Both the position numbers and the translations under genes were made by a program. Positions 1 through 9,185 of a stretch of DNA of 64,000 bases are shown piece after piece. The notes under the pieces were generated by a model. That model was not told the DNA's origin, searched no databases, and saw only the letters and a program-made list of their open reading frames with translations. The stretch is from Chloroflexota bacterium (GTDB lineage: Bacteria > Chloroflexota > UBA6077 > FW602-bin22 > JBCLEL01), in assembly GCA_965262895.1 (NCBI GenBank), contig OZ253568.1, positions 3,547,317 to 3,611,316 of the forward strand, in the 5' to 3' direction. Every line of letters starts with the position of its first letter. Positions within the stretch are counted from its first letter, which is position 1.

Positions 1-830
1 TCCGTCAGGTTGGTTCGATTGATGTGAACTCTTCGCTTGAGCGTCTCTTCGACCTTGGCGACGTCCCTTAGACGGACCGACCCAGTCGGAGTACTCGCGA
101 TCACGATATTCTCTAAGAATCCTGGTGCAGGTACCAAAGTGTTAACGCGAACACCGAACTCCTTTCCGGCTTCTATCAATGATCCACTGGGAACGTTTAG
201 GTTGTCCTGTTGGAGCGCCGCCACCACCTGCAATATCGACAGTCGATGAGCTTGCAGCTTCTGCTGGTCCACTGTCACCCGGATTTCCGACTCTTTACCG
301 CCGATCACGTCAACTGCCGCTACTCCCGGCACAGATTGCATCCTGGGGACGACGAGATCGTTAACTAGCCGGAACAACTCCTCATTCGACAGATTGCCAG
401 AAAATGAGATGTCTAAAACGGGTAGGGAATTTACGTCTGCTTTGACAATATTGGGGGGCAGCGTATCCTCCGGTAATCGGGACCTTATTCCGTTGATCTT
501 TCGCTCCACGTCGATCGCCGCTGAATCGGGATTAGTTCTATCGTTGAATGCCAAAAGCACGGTAGACTGACCCTCGGAGGAGATCGAACGCATGTATTCG
601 ATATCGCTCAAGCCCGCTAAAGAGTCCTCGATCGGCCTTGTCACCAGGGCTTCGATTGATTCTGGATTGGCGCCCGGGTATGGTACGAATACGCTAACGA
701 CCGGGACGTTTACAGAGGGAAAAAGGTCGACGCCCAGTCTACCGTAGGAAATCAGTCCGAGGACTACTATGGCGGAGAAGACCATAGTTATGAAGAGTGG
801 CCTTAGAATCGATATCCGCGTAATGCCCAT
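1..830 (-). CDS. RND efflux transporter permease (AcrB/HAE1 family), N-terminal part; gene runs off the left edge
   Basis: Absent from the ORF track because it has no stop in the window. Manual reverse translation from ATG 830-828 gives MGITRISILRPLFITMVFSAIVVLGLISYGRLGVDLFPSVNVPVVSVFVPYPGANPESIEALVTRPIEDSLAGLSDIEYMRSISSEGQSTVLLAF..., a canonical AcrB-type N-terminus. Confidence 0.85.
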   Translation of the reverse strand, partial: MGITRISILRPLFITMVFSAIVVLGLISYGRLGVDLFPSVNVPVVSVFVPYPGANPESIEALVTRPIEDSLAGLSDIEYMRSISSEGQSTVLLAFNDRTNPDSAAIDVERKINGIRSRLPEDTLPPNIVKADVNSLPVLDISFSGNLSNEELFRLVNDLVVPRMQSVPGVAAVDVIGGKESEIRVTVDQQKLQAHRLSILQVVAALQQDNLNVPSGSLIEAGKEFGVRVNTLVPAPGFLENIVIASTPTGSVRLRDVAKVEETLKRRVHINRTNLT

Positions 831-832
831 TC

Positions 833-1108
833 CTAGCTGTCCCCACCCATCCAAACTCGCTCGCCTTTGCCCGGGTTGGACCGATTCTCGATCAAAACTC
901 AATCACCCTCGTCAATATCTTGTTTCATCTCGACGTGCACACCGTCGCTGAGTCGAATCTGAACTGGTATTACAACTGTCACTCCGTCGACGGCCAATTT
1001 CACCTGGGCGCCATCGCTTCGACTGGATACTGCGCTGGCCGGCACCAACCGGACCGCGTTGAGTTCCGACAACGTAATGTCTAAACTGGGTCGGCAGTAA
1101 GAATCTAT
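833..1108 (-). pseudogene. Remnant (C-terminal ~90 codons) of the RND periplasmic adaptor (membrane-fusion protein), with an in-frame TGA
   Basis: Manual translation gives ...DITLSELNAVRLVPASAVSSRSDGAQVKLAVDGVTVVIPVQIRLSDGVHVEMKQDIDEGD*VLIENRSNPGKGERVWMGGDS*. This is the typical MFP C-terminal pattern. TGA at 899-901 is in frame, and the final TAG at 833-835 lies 2 nt before the RND ATG. Similarity stops exactly where repeat cluster 1 begins (about 1102). Confidence 0.6.
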
Positions 1109-1642
1109 TCAGGCGCCGCACGTTGCCAGCATCCCCTTGCGCCATCCGTGTTACGAAAATAGATTGCTCCAGTGACGCTTGCGGGTCCAGGTGACCCCGG
1201 CGAGCCTCGTCATTCCGATCGCCCAACTCGTCGTTCCGGCGGAAGCCGGAATCCAGGGGAGGCGAGGCAGGCGACATTGGAACTCGAGCACTTCCACCAT
1301 CCAGCCACCTCCATTGTTGTACCCTCGTGTTCTGGTGGCAATCGGCATGGGCGATTGGTACGAAAGCATGTCCCGGACTCCGATCCGGGATGGATCCCGG
1401 TACCGGCCGGCGACACCAACCACCGTCACCCGAACAACGACAGCCGAGGGCCGCAGGAGAGATGTAGCGCTGGGGCTTCTCCCCAGCAAGGGGACGGGTT
1501 GGGGGGCACAGACGACACCTGAACCCTTCCATCAACCAACGCACCCAATTTTCATACCTTCGAGTGCCGGCGCCAGCCGGCATGAGCGATTGGTACGAAT
1601 GGTCGTGTTAGGGATCTATTCAGGCGCCGGACCTGGCCAGCA
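1102..1642 (+). repeat. Mosaic hairpin-repeat cluster 1
   Basis: Contains module B (1229-1259), E-like (1318-1356), A (1357-1390), C (1463-1487) and E (1548-1591). The cluster is bracketed by ~30-nt direct repeats aatctattcaggcgccgNacNtNgccagca at 1102-1131 and 1613-1642. ORF-track ORFs here (912..1583, 1179..1664 etc.) are translations of the repeats. Confidence 0.85.
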
Positions 1643-1660
1643 AAACCTTGCTTCATCTGC

Positions 1661-2226
1661 TTAAGAGTTCCTATTGCCGATGCCGTGTAATTCAAGATCT
1701 ACGATGTCGTCCGCCAAAGACTCCGGATCGAGTTCCTGATCTGAGTGGCAAACCATGTGCCGGACGACTTGCTCAACCAGTCCCCCCAACGCAATAGACA
1801 CGACGCGGGTTTCATGCGGGCGAAGATATCCGCGCCGAATTCCGTATTGCAGCCGAGTTTCAAGTGATTGGGCAAAGGCCCGATTGAACTCGAGTAGGCG
1901 AGTATTGAGGTCCGGATCGGCTCCCATTGCCTCTTGGTAGTAGATCCGCGCAAGTTCCCGGTTTTCGTAACACGTCCGCAGCGTGAATAATATCCGCGCC
2001 CGGGCAGTCTCCCGAAATGCGCGAAGGTCGCCTGGTTCGTCAAGAGACGCTGACAATAGTTTGTCAGCGAAAATCGTCAGGAACCGCTCAACCACTTGGC
2101 GGAAGATATCGCTCTTGCTTGCGAAGTAAAGATAGAACGTTCCTTGCGCCACGCCGGCTTCACGAACGTGCGAACCGCCGCATCGAGTAGCTGTTCCCGC
2201 CTTGAATCAGCGTCAGGATTTGCCAC
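1661..2226 (-). pseudogene. TetR/AcrR-family regulator with a frameshifting deletion inside the N-terminal HTH
   Basis: ORF 1661..2152 starts at ...AGVAQGTFYLYFASKSDIF, which is helix 3 of the TetR HTH plus the C-terminal domain. A different frame upstream (GTG 2226) reads VANPDADSRREQLLDAAVRTF, which is helix 1. About 15 residues expected between RTF and REAGVAQGT are missing, and the two parts are out of frame; the junction is near 2156-2169. Confidence 0.6.
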
Positions 2227-2236
2227 GAATCACCTC

Positions 2237-2265
2237 AATAATGAATGACACGTCAGTCATTATAT
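2237..2265. promoter_or_regulatory. Inverted repeat, candidate TetR operator
   Basis: aataatgaatgac-acgtca-gtcattata lies immediately upstream of the TetR remnant. The AATGAC/GTCATT arms are the kind of palindrome bound by TetR-family dimers. Confidence 0.3.
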
Positions 2266-2304
2266 CCTCCGATTGAGCAAAACGCCAGTTTGCGCAAGGT
2301 AGCC

Positions 2305-2403
2305 AACTGTTCAGTCCTAGGGGCCAGTCGCGTGGGCGTCATTGCAATGAACACAGGCGCTCCATTGACCCTCAAGGGCGCCTCGCCACAACCTAAACTC
2401 GCC
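2305..2403 (+). mobile_element. Internally deleted third copy of the MITE seen at 56030 and 57131
   Basis: The left end aactgttcagtcctaggggc...cgtgggcgt matches aagtgttcagatttaggggc...cgtatgggcgt. There are internal aatga..cacaggcg and caagggcg matches. The right end caacctaaactcg matches caaacctgaactg. No clear target-site duplication. Confidence 0.4.
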
Positions 2404-2435
2404 GAACCGTGAATTTACAGCCGATAGTGGAGGCA

Positions 2436-3012
2436 GAGAATGTAGCGCTGGGGCTCGTCCCCAGCCAGGCCCGAGCGGCCGCCGGCCCGAGTCGCCCCAT
2501 CCGGCGGTCCATCAGAGGTAAACGTCACTGTAGGGGCGATTCGCGAATCGCCCTGGGCGGCGTAATCGACGCACCCTCGCCTACCCGCCGCCCACTTTGT
2601 CATTGCCGCGTAGGTGTCTCCCGTAGAATCGCCCCCAATTCGTCATTCCCGCGAAGGCGGGAATCCAGGGGTGGTGTATGGGTGGCAAATGAACCGCAAA
2701 CACCTCCACCAGTCAGCACCTTAATTTTCATACCTTGGTGTGCCGGCCGCAGCCGGCATGAGCGATTGCTATGAAAGCATGTCCCGGACTCCGATCCGGG
2801 ATAGACCGCTCCAGCAGCCTCTCATTGGTCATTCCGGCCCCTCAATTCGTCATTCCGGCGAACGCCGGAATCCAGAGGTGGTGGGGAGAGGGGATTGTAG
2901 CGCTGGGGCTTGTCCCCAGCTTAGGGTGGGCCGCTCGTTCGTGCACGTTGCACCGCCCGGCGTACCACCATTTTCATCCTCTTATGCGGCCTTCGCACGG
3001 CCATGGTGATTC
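2436..3012 (+). repeat. Mosaic hairpin-repeat cluster 2
   Basis: Contains module C (2441-2465), a GTAG plus perfect 20-nt palindrome gggcgattcgcgaatcgccc (2530-2553), B (2641-2671), E (2724-2767), A (2768-2801), B (2848-2878), C (2896-2920) and D (2966-3013). Confidence 0.85.
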
Positions 3013-3124
3013 CCATCTCTGAATACTTACAAATGAAGCCCAGAATTCAGAGTTGATCTTTTCTCAGGCGAAGCGTGTGCCGCAATGAGGTGGCGGGAAT
3101 CGCTTCTCAATTCCGCTTGCCCGG

Positions 3125-4054
3125 TCAGCCCTCGAGTGAACTCCTCAGAGCTGCGCGGACGCCGGCGAAAGACATCCTGCTGTCCGCGACGCGGTCGGGT
3201 CCCCCGCCGCCAGCAGTTGGCGGATGCCAGTGGGTCTCGAGGCTCAACGTGCCGGCATACCCGTCCCGACGGAGAGCCTTGAATTGGCCGACATAGTCCA
3301 CCTCGCCGTTTCCCACCGCTTCCCACGAGGTCAGGCCAGTCTTGTCATCCACCACGCGCGCATCCTTCACGTGCATGTGACATATGAGTGTCTTCACCGC
3401 ATCGTATCCGTCCGGCAAGGGTTTTCCGCCGGATACGTAGTCGTTGCTCGGATCCCATATGGCCCTGATTGACGGATGGTCGGCGGCACGGATTATGCGC
3501 GCCAAGTTTATGCCGGTGTTCCCCCAACACGAGCGGACGTTTTCTAAACCCAAAACTAGGCCGGCTTCCGCCGTCTCATCGCCGGCGATTCGTAATCCTT
3601 CGACGATCTTTTCCAGCATCTCGTCCGGAATTTCCCCGCCTTGTGGCAATCGCGGGCTTGGATTGCCGTAGCCAACCATACTCTCTCGGCGGAAAGAGTA
3701 GGTCCGAACCACCGGCGCCCCCACCCGCTTGGCGACACGAATGCTCGCCTTCAGTATTTTCAGATCTTCTTGGAATGCCGAGTGGTCCGGGATCCTGCCT
3801 ATTGGTACGTTGCCAATCAATACCAACTTTAGAAAAAGTGATCCAATTGCACTCACACTCAATTCGAACTGATCGAGCAAGTCACGCGCCCTGTCAATCT
3901 CTCCCTCATCCATAGCGACGACGGGCTTGCCCCAGAATTCGTACAGCTCGACGCTACGCATTCCCAATTCCTTGGCAACTCCCAGCGCCGTCTCGAGGTC
4001 GGAATGCACCTCGTCTGTACAGACTCCAAAGTTGTGAAGCAGCCTGTCTTTCAT
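3125..4054 (-). CDS. Sugar phosphate isomerase/epimerase (xylose isomerase-like TIM barrel)
   Basis: 309-aa ORF. The sequence pattern (…ELGMRSVELYEFW…, …LGLENV…, …HMHVKDA…, …LSLETHW…) is typical of the AP endonuclease 2 / xylose isomerase-like TIM family. Confidence 0.75.
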   Translation of the reverse strand: MKDRLLHNFGVCTDEVHSDLETALGVAKELGMRSVELYEFWGKPVVAMDEGEIDRARDLLDQFELSVSAIGSLFLKLVLIGNVPIGRIPDHSAFQEDLKILKASIRVAKRVGAPVVRTYSFRRESMVGYGNPSPRLPQGGEIPDEMLEKIVEGLRIAGDETAEAGLVLGLENVRSCWGNTGINLARIIRAADHPSIRAIWDPSNDYVSGGKPLPDGYDAVKTLICHMHVKDARVVDDKTGLTSWEAVGNGEVDYVGQFKALRRDGYAGTLSLETHWHPPTAGGGGPDRVADSRMSFAGVRAALRSSLEG

Positions 4055-4136
4055 TGTTCGTTCCCCGTAGATCCTTTAAAGACCAAATGCGCGATCGTTG
4101 TAATCCCGATTGGATAGACCATTGGACTCTTGCTTC

Positions 4137-5408
4137 TCAGGCCGACGTGAGATAGCGCAGCCACAGGTAACCGGAAGACAGGATCAGCGTCATCACTGTG
4201 ACTATCACCCCATACTTCATGAAATGCACAAATGTGATCTTGTAGCCGTTGCGTTCGGCAATACTCGCGACAATCACATTCGCAGATGCACCTATGATCG
4301 TAGCATTCCCGCCAAAGTCAGCGCCCATCGCCAACGCCCACCACAGCGGCTGAACCGGAAGTACGTTTCCGACTTCTTGTACTAGCGGAATCATGGCTGC
4401 CGTAAATGGGATGTTGTCGACTAATGCCGAGGCCACCGCCGAGAGCCACAGAATCAATAGGCCCGTGAGTACGAGGTTCGTTCCCGTGATTTCCAGCATC
4501 CCGTCGGCTATAGTCTCGATCAGCCCAACGTGCTCTATCCCGCCCACCACTATGAAGAGACCTACGAAGAACAGAAGAGTCGTCCACTCAACCTCTACCA
4601 GAATGTCATGAGGGTCCGGCCGAGTGATGACCATCAACGCTGCCGCGCCCGTCATCGCGACGGTGGCGGCTTCGAGGTGGAGTAACCCGTGAAGAAAAAA
4701 GCCAACTACCGTGGCGGTGAGGACGATTAGACTAGTCCGGAGGAGCTTGGGATTGGTTATCAGGCTCGACGTATCGATCTCGTCAAGTTCCTTTATGGTC
4801 TCCGCTGACGTCTGCAACTCGTTCCGCCAGAACACCCAGATCAATACGATCAAGCCGACCATTCCTAATATAGAAATCGGGAGCATAGCGCCGGCGAAAT
4901 CTAAGAAATGGATGTGAGCAGCGCTGCCGATCAGAATGTTTGGCGGATCTCCGATTAAAGTAGCCGCACCGCCGATGTTCGAGGCGTAAACTTCGGCCAA
5001 GAGCATCGGGACCGGCGATACCCTGAGGACTCCCGCAAGGTAGATTGTGACCGGCGCCACGAGGACCACTGTGGTGACATTGTCCAGCAACGCCGATGCC
5101 CCCGCCGTTAGCAGGCACATTATGATGAGCACCCGCAACGGCCGGCCGTGGCCTAGTTTGGCCGCCATCACCGCCAGCCAGGTGAACACACCCGTGTGGC
5201 GCATCGTGTTGGCGATGATCATCATGCCGATCAATAGGAAGATCACATTCCAGTCTACGGATTCGAATGCTTGTTCCTGCGTGATTATTCCCGACAGGAT
5301 GATTAGCATTGCCCCTGCCAGCGCCGCAATAGTCTTGTGCAATCGCTCGGTCGCGATCACCGCGTATGTGATTAGAAAGATCGTGGCGGCTATGAAAGTT
5401 GGGGTCAC
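4137..5408 (-). CDS. ArsB/NhaD-superfamily permease (citrate-transporter-like anion permease)
   Basis: 423-aa polytopic membrane ORF. The N-terminus MTPTFIAATIFLITYAVIATERLHKTIAALAGAMLII is typical of the ArsB/NhaD/YbiR family. Confidence 0.75.
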   Translation of the reverse strand: MTPTFIAATIFLITYAVIATERLHKTIAALAGAMLIILSGIITQEQAFESVDWNVIFLLIGMMIIANTMRHTGVFTWLAVMAAKLGHGRPLRVLIIMCLLTAGASALLDNVTTVVLVAPVTIYLAGVLRVSPVPMLLAEVYASNIGGAATLIGDPPNILIGSAAHIHFLDFAGAMLPISILGMVGLIVLIWVFWRNELQTSAETIKELDEIDTSSLITNPKLLRTSLIVLTATVVGFFLHGLLHLEAATVAMTGAAALMVITRPDPHDILVEVEWTTLLFFVGLFIVVGGIEHVGLIETIADGMLEITGTNLVLTGLLILWLSAVASALVDNIPFTAAMIPLVQEVGNVLPVQPLWWALAMGADFGGNATIIGASANVIVASIAERNGYKITFVHFMKYGVIVTVMTLILSSGYLWLRYLTSA

Positions 5409-5439
5409 GGATACAACATCCTCGTTTAAGTCTCCTCGT

Positions 5440-5952
5440 TTAAGTCTCGTCGGTTGGATTCTCGATAACTTGGTCCATCCACATGCCCAACAATTGCACT
5501 ACATCTATCACCGCCAAGAGGTGGCCGTCGTTATCCACAACAGGCAAAGCGGTTAGATTGACCACAGGGTCATGTAGTAGACGCAGCGCGTCAACCAAGC
5601 GAGCATCTTGATTGATTGAGACCCCAGGCTCCATCAGTTGAGTGGCGGTACGTGCAGCCTCGAGTTGAGCGAACTCGAACACGTCATCCAGCGTATCTAT
5701 ATCGGCCATTAGCAACTCGGGAGCTAGACGGTCTAGTGCCTCACCGCAAATCGTCGAGAGTCGGATCAGACCCACCAGTTTTTCATCTTCGTCGACCACC
5801 GGTAGTACACGTTGGGTCGGGGCTGAAATGACCGCTTCTACCACCTTCGTCAAGTTGTCGTCCGGTTTGACTGAGGCCAGATCCGCTCTCAAGGGTGAAA
5901 TGACATCGCGAATCAGCGTTGTTCTGGTCACATGAATTCGTGGTGCGGACAC
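5440..5952 (-). CDS. CBS-domain pair protein
   Basis: 170-aa ORF with two CBS-like repeats (…LPVVDEDEKLVGLIR…, …ALPVVDNDGHLLAVID…). It lies directly upstream of the permease gene in the same orientation. Confidence 0.7.
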   Translation of the reverse strand: MSAPRIHVTRTTLIRDVISPLRADLASVKPDDNLTKVVEAVISAPTQRVLPVVDEDEKLVGLIRLSTICGEALDRLAPELLMADIDTLDDVFEFAQLEAARTATQLMEPGVSINQDARLVDALRLLHDPVVNLTALPVVDNDGHLLAVIDVVQLLGMWMDQVIENPTDET

Positions 5953-6002
5953 AGCGTAGCTCCTTGGTTTGTAGTAGCAGGGGTATGCTCAGTATAGCGG
6001 AA

Positions 6003-6605
6003 ATAGTTGGTACGAAAGCATGTCCCGGACTCCGATCCGGGATGAATAGTTCCCGCCACCGAATTCGTCATTCCGGCGAAAGCCGGAATCCAGAGGGGAG
6101 GGGTGGCATCCATGACACCCAAAGATCTCCAACGACCAGGCCTCATTTTCATACCCTGGTCTGCCGGCGGCAACCGGCATGAGCGATTCGTACGAAAACA
6201 GATGGTTCCTGTAGCGCCGGCCGGTCCAGTCGCCCCGGCGAAGGCCGGAATCCAGGGAAGGACGGTTTGTATCGCTCTGCCTCCTACCCATCGATGGGAG
6301 AGGATTGAGGTGAGGGTGAAGAGGTCCCCCGACACCAGCCACAGCCGAGAGCAGAAAGGCAGACTTGTAGCGCTGGGGCTTGTCCCCAGCAAAGGCCACC
6401 CGGCGGGCAGGCAAGACTCGGCAGAGAATACCCGAAGGTCGCCGGCGGTTCCCGCAGAATCGCTCCCACAGTGATTCTATAATAAGACAAACGTTCGCAG
6501 CATCCCGCCACCGGATGTAGGGCCAGCTCGGAGGACTGCCCTGTGTGGAAATCGAGAGGCCTTGGCGGGCCTCCGCCGGTTCCCACAGGATCGTTTCTAC
6601 AAACG
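6003..6605 (+). repeat. Mosaic hairpin-repeat cluster 3
   Basis: Contains A (6009-6042), B (6066-6096), E (6145-6188), an empty A site (6185-6209), B (6229-6256), F (6280-6319), C (6366-6390) and further hairpins (agaatcgctcccacagtgattct; gaggccttggcgggcctc). Confidence 0.85.
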
Positions 6606-6711
6606 TAAAAATGCAAAACAAAAACTACGCCGGCACGCCGCCGGGTATCGGAGTCGCTCGTACGGCCGCCCAACGCGGAGAATCGAGACCCCTGTGCCCA
6701 CGCTCAAGGGT

Positions 6712-6739
6712 TTGACTATACGCCAATACATGCTATATT
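6712..6739 (+). promoter_or_regulatory. Sigma-70-type promoter of the trp leader
   Basis: TTGACT (6712-6717), a 16-nt spacer ending in TGc, then TATATT (6734-6739), giving an extended -10. It sits ~35 nt upstream of the T-box stem I. Confidence 0.55.
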
Positions 6740-6774
6740 TCTTCCACAATTGAATAGCTAAAGACTGCGAACAG

Positions 6775-7041
6775 GATTATTAAGCTTCCCGACGGGGCTC
6801 AGAGAGCCGGGTAAGGTGCGAGCCGGTGCCAGTCAAGGAAGTCGAATGGACCTGGGAGTTGCTGCTTGAAAGCTGGAGCTAGTAGACGCAGCCGGATGTC
6901 TCGCCGTTAATTTGAGGCCGGGTATCGGATGGCTTTGTGTTGTCCCGTATCCCATTATGAGTGGGCTCGCCGCTGGTGAGCCAAGCGGGGTGGCACCGCG
7001 AGAGTTGACCTCACGTCCCCTAGAGGACGCGAGGTTTTTTT
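6775..7041 (+). promoter_or_regulatory. T-box leader (tRNA-Trp specific) with intrinsic terminator
   Basis: Stem I elements AGAGAG...GGUGCGAG (6800-6830). Specifier-loop context GAA-UGG-A (about 6844-6850). Conserved T-box sequence aagcgGGGUGGCACCGCGag (6983-7002). Terminator cctcacgtcc-cctaga-ggacgcgagg followed by T7 (7008-7041). Confidence 0.85.
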
Positions 7042-7058
7042 ATTTGTGGAGGATATTC

Positions 7059-8549
7059 TTGTACACGCCTTCCCCGGCAGAGGTCAAGAACCTGGCAAAG
7101 GATGGCAATCTGGTTCCAGTCTACCGGGAGATACTTGCTGACCTGGAAACGCCGGTTTCAGCCTACATGAAAGTAGCCAACCAAGGCAGCAGTTTCCTCT
7201 TGGAGAGCGTCGAGGGCGGTGAACGGTTGGCTCGATACTCATTTATCGGATGTTCGCCTTTCCTGACGGTGCGAATCAATGCTGGCCAGGCTACCTTGCA
7301 CCGCCAGGGCCGATCCCCAGAACGACGTACGGTTTCCAATCCGATGGATTTGATCCGCGAGTTGATTGGCCAGTATCGCCAGGTTTCGTTAGACGGGCTT
7401 CCACGCTTTCATGGTGGTGCCGTGGGCTACCTGGGTTACGAGTGTTCTCGTTACTTCGAACGCCTTCCCGCGCCTTCGAACGACCCGCTCGATTTGCCGG
7501 AAGCGATATTGCTGTTCACCGATACGCTACTCGTCTTCGACCACATCCAGCACAAAATCAAAGTGGTGAGTCACGTTTATTGCGACGATGGGATTGATTC
7601 TGCCTACGCAAATGCAGTTGATAGGATTGACGCTTTGATTGAACTTCTGCGACGCCCCCTTCCGGCCGCGAAGAGACACGAAGCGCTCCCGCCAGTGGAC
7701 CCAACAGCCGGGCACGAATTCAAGTCGAATATGAGTCAAGAAGCGTATGAAAGCATGGTTGCCCACGGTAAGGAATACATTTTTGCGGGGGATGTCATAC
7801 AGGTTGTTCTTTCACAAAGATTCAGTCGGCCCACTACAGCTGAGCCACTCGATATCTACCGGGCATTGCGGACGATCAATCCCTCACCTTACATGTTTTT
7901 CCTGGACTTGGGTGAATGCCACCTGATCGGAGCCTCGCCCGAATTGCTGGTTCAAGTGGAAGATGGCCAGGTCACGACCCATCCTATCGCCGGAACGCGC
8001 CGGCGAGGTCGAACACCGCAAGAAGACAAAGATCTCGAGCACGAGTTCATCAACGACGAAAAAGAGCGTGCCGAGCACATAATGTTGGTGGACCTGGGCC
8101 GCAATGACATTGGACGGGTCAGCCAACCTGGCACCGTGCAGGTCCCTAGATTGATGGGAATCGACCGGTTGTCGCATGTTATGCATCTGGTGTCCCAGGT
8201 TACTGGGCGACTTCGGCCGGAAATGGACCAGTACGATGCCTTCCAGGCGTGTTTCCCTGCTGGTACGATTTCCGGCGCGCCCAAGATCCGGGCTATGGAG
8301 ATCATTGCCGAGCTTGAACCCGACTTGCGCGGCCCATATTCTGGTGCGGTTGGCTACTTTGGCTACTCCGGAAATTTGGACACGGCAATTACTATTCGGA
8401 CTATGGTCATGAAAGATGGAATCGCACACGTTCAGGCCGGCGCAGGAATCGTAGCTGACTCTGTCCCGGAACGCGAGCACGTCGAGTGCCTGAACAAGGC
8501 GCGGGCTTTACTCCATGCAGTTACCGTTGCCGAAGAACTACACGATTGA
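7059..8549 (+). CDS. trpE: Anthranilate synthase component I
   Basis: The ORF-track ORF (6912..8549) begins inside the T-box leader. The first start after the terminator is TTG 7059, in frame, with GGAGGA at 7048-7053. The product ...NLVPVYREILADLETPVSAYMK...GAPKIRAMEIIAELE... is canonical TrpE. Confidence 0.9.
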   Translation: MYTPSPAEVKNLAKDGNLVPVYREILADLETPVSAYMKVANQGSSFLLESVEGGERLARYSFIGCSPFLTVRINAGQATLHRQGRSPERRTVSNPMDLIRELIGQYRQVSLDGLPRFHGGAVGYLGYECSRYFERLPAPSNDPLDLPEAILLFTDTLLVFDHIQHKIKVVSHVYCDDGIDSAYANAVDRIDALIELLRRPLPAAKRHEALPPVDPTAGHEFKSNMSQEAYESMVAHGKEYIFAGDVIQVVLSQRFSRPTTAEPLDIYRALRTINPSPYMFFLDLGECHLIGASPELLVQVEDGQVTTHPIAGTRRRGRTPQEDKDLEHEFINDEKERAEHIMLVDLGRNDIGRVSQPGTVQVPRLMGIDRLSHVMHLVSQVTGRLRPEMDQYDAFQACFPAGTISGAPKIRAMEIIAELEPDLRGPYSGAVGYFGYSGNLDTAITIRTMVMKDGIAHVQAGAGIVADSVPEREHVECLNKARALLHAVTVAEELHD

Positions 8550-8609
8550 TATGTCTTGCGTAAGAGTGACTAGTGGCGAGGTCGGCAGAGGCCTAGGGAC
8601 GAGGGAAGT

Positions 8610-9185
8610 ATGATCCTACTATTGGATAACTATGATTCGTTTGCCTACAATCTTTATCAATATCTGTCCGAGTTAAAAGCTGAGGTCGTAGTTTATCGCA
8701 ACGATCAAATCACGATTGAGCAGATCGACGCTATGAATCCGGATCAGATAGTGATATCCCCTGGTCCGTGCGGGCCCGCTCAGGCCGGCATATCGAATGA
8801 CGTGATCCGCTACTTCGGGCCGAGGAAGCCCTTGCTTGGAGTATGTCTGGGTCACCAATGTATAGGCTACAGTTTTGGAGGCCGCGTGGTCCGTGCCGAC
8901 AAGGTCATGCACGGCAAGACTTCTCTGATCTACCACGATGGTGCCGGCATACTGAACGACCTGCCTAGCCCATTTGAGGCTATCAGGTATCATTCGCTAA
9001 TCGTCGAGCGCGATACCTTGCCGGCATCGCTGGAAGTAACAGCCCAAACCAGCGACGGCAAGATCATGGCAATGCGCCATCGCGAATATCCTATCGAGAG
9101 CGTCCAATTCCATCCGGAATCTATCATGACCGAAGTGGGCAAAGATTTGCTGCGGAACTTCCTTGAGGTCAAGTGGGAACAATGA
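8610..9185 (+). CDS. trpG: Anthranilate synthase component II (glutamine amidotransferase)
   Basis: 191 aa: [19 protein letters not shown]...GVCLGHQ...HPES, a class I GATase triad. Confidence 0.9.
   Translation: MILLLDNYDSFAYNLYQYLSELKAEVVVYRNDQITIEQIDAMNPDQIVISPGPCGPAQAGISNDVIRYFGPRKPLLGVCLGHQCIGYSFGGRVVRADKVMHGKTSLIYHDGAGILNDLPSPFEAIRYHSLIVERDTLPASLEVTAQTSDGKIMAMRHREYPIESVQFHPESIMTEVGKDLLRNFLEVKWEQ

Noticed and set aside
912-1664. Long ORFs inside repeat clusters: 912..1583, 1179..1664, 2409..2774, 5989..6621, 6103..6474, 10281..10952, 10307..10792, 31775..32212, 60518..61138, 60596..61153.
   Set aside because: They are translations of the hairpin modules, with recurring peptides such as IPAKAGIQ, SFPRRRESR, MSRTPIRD, GEGxGEG and ALGLVPS. 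They overlap each other in several frames and strands and have no start or RBS context. They are not genes.
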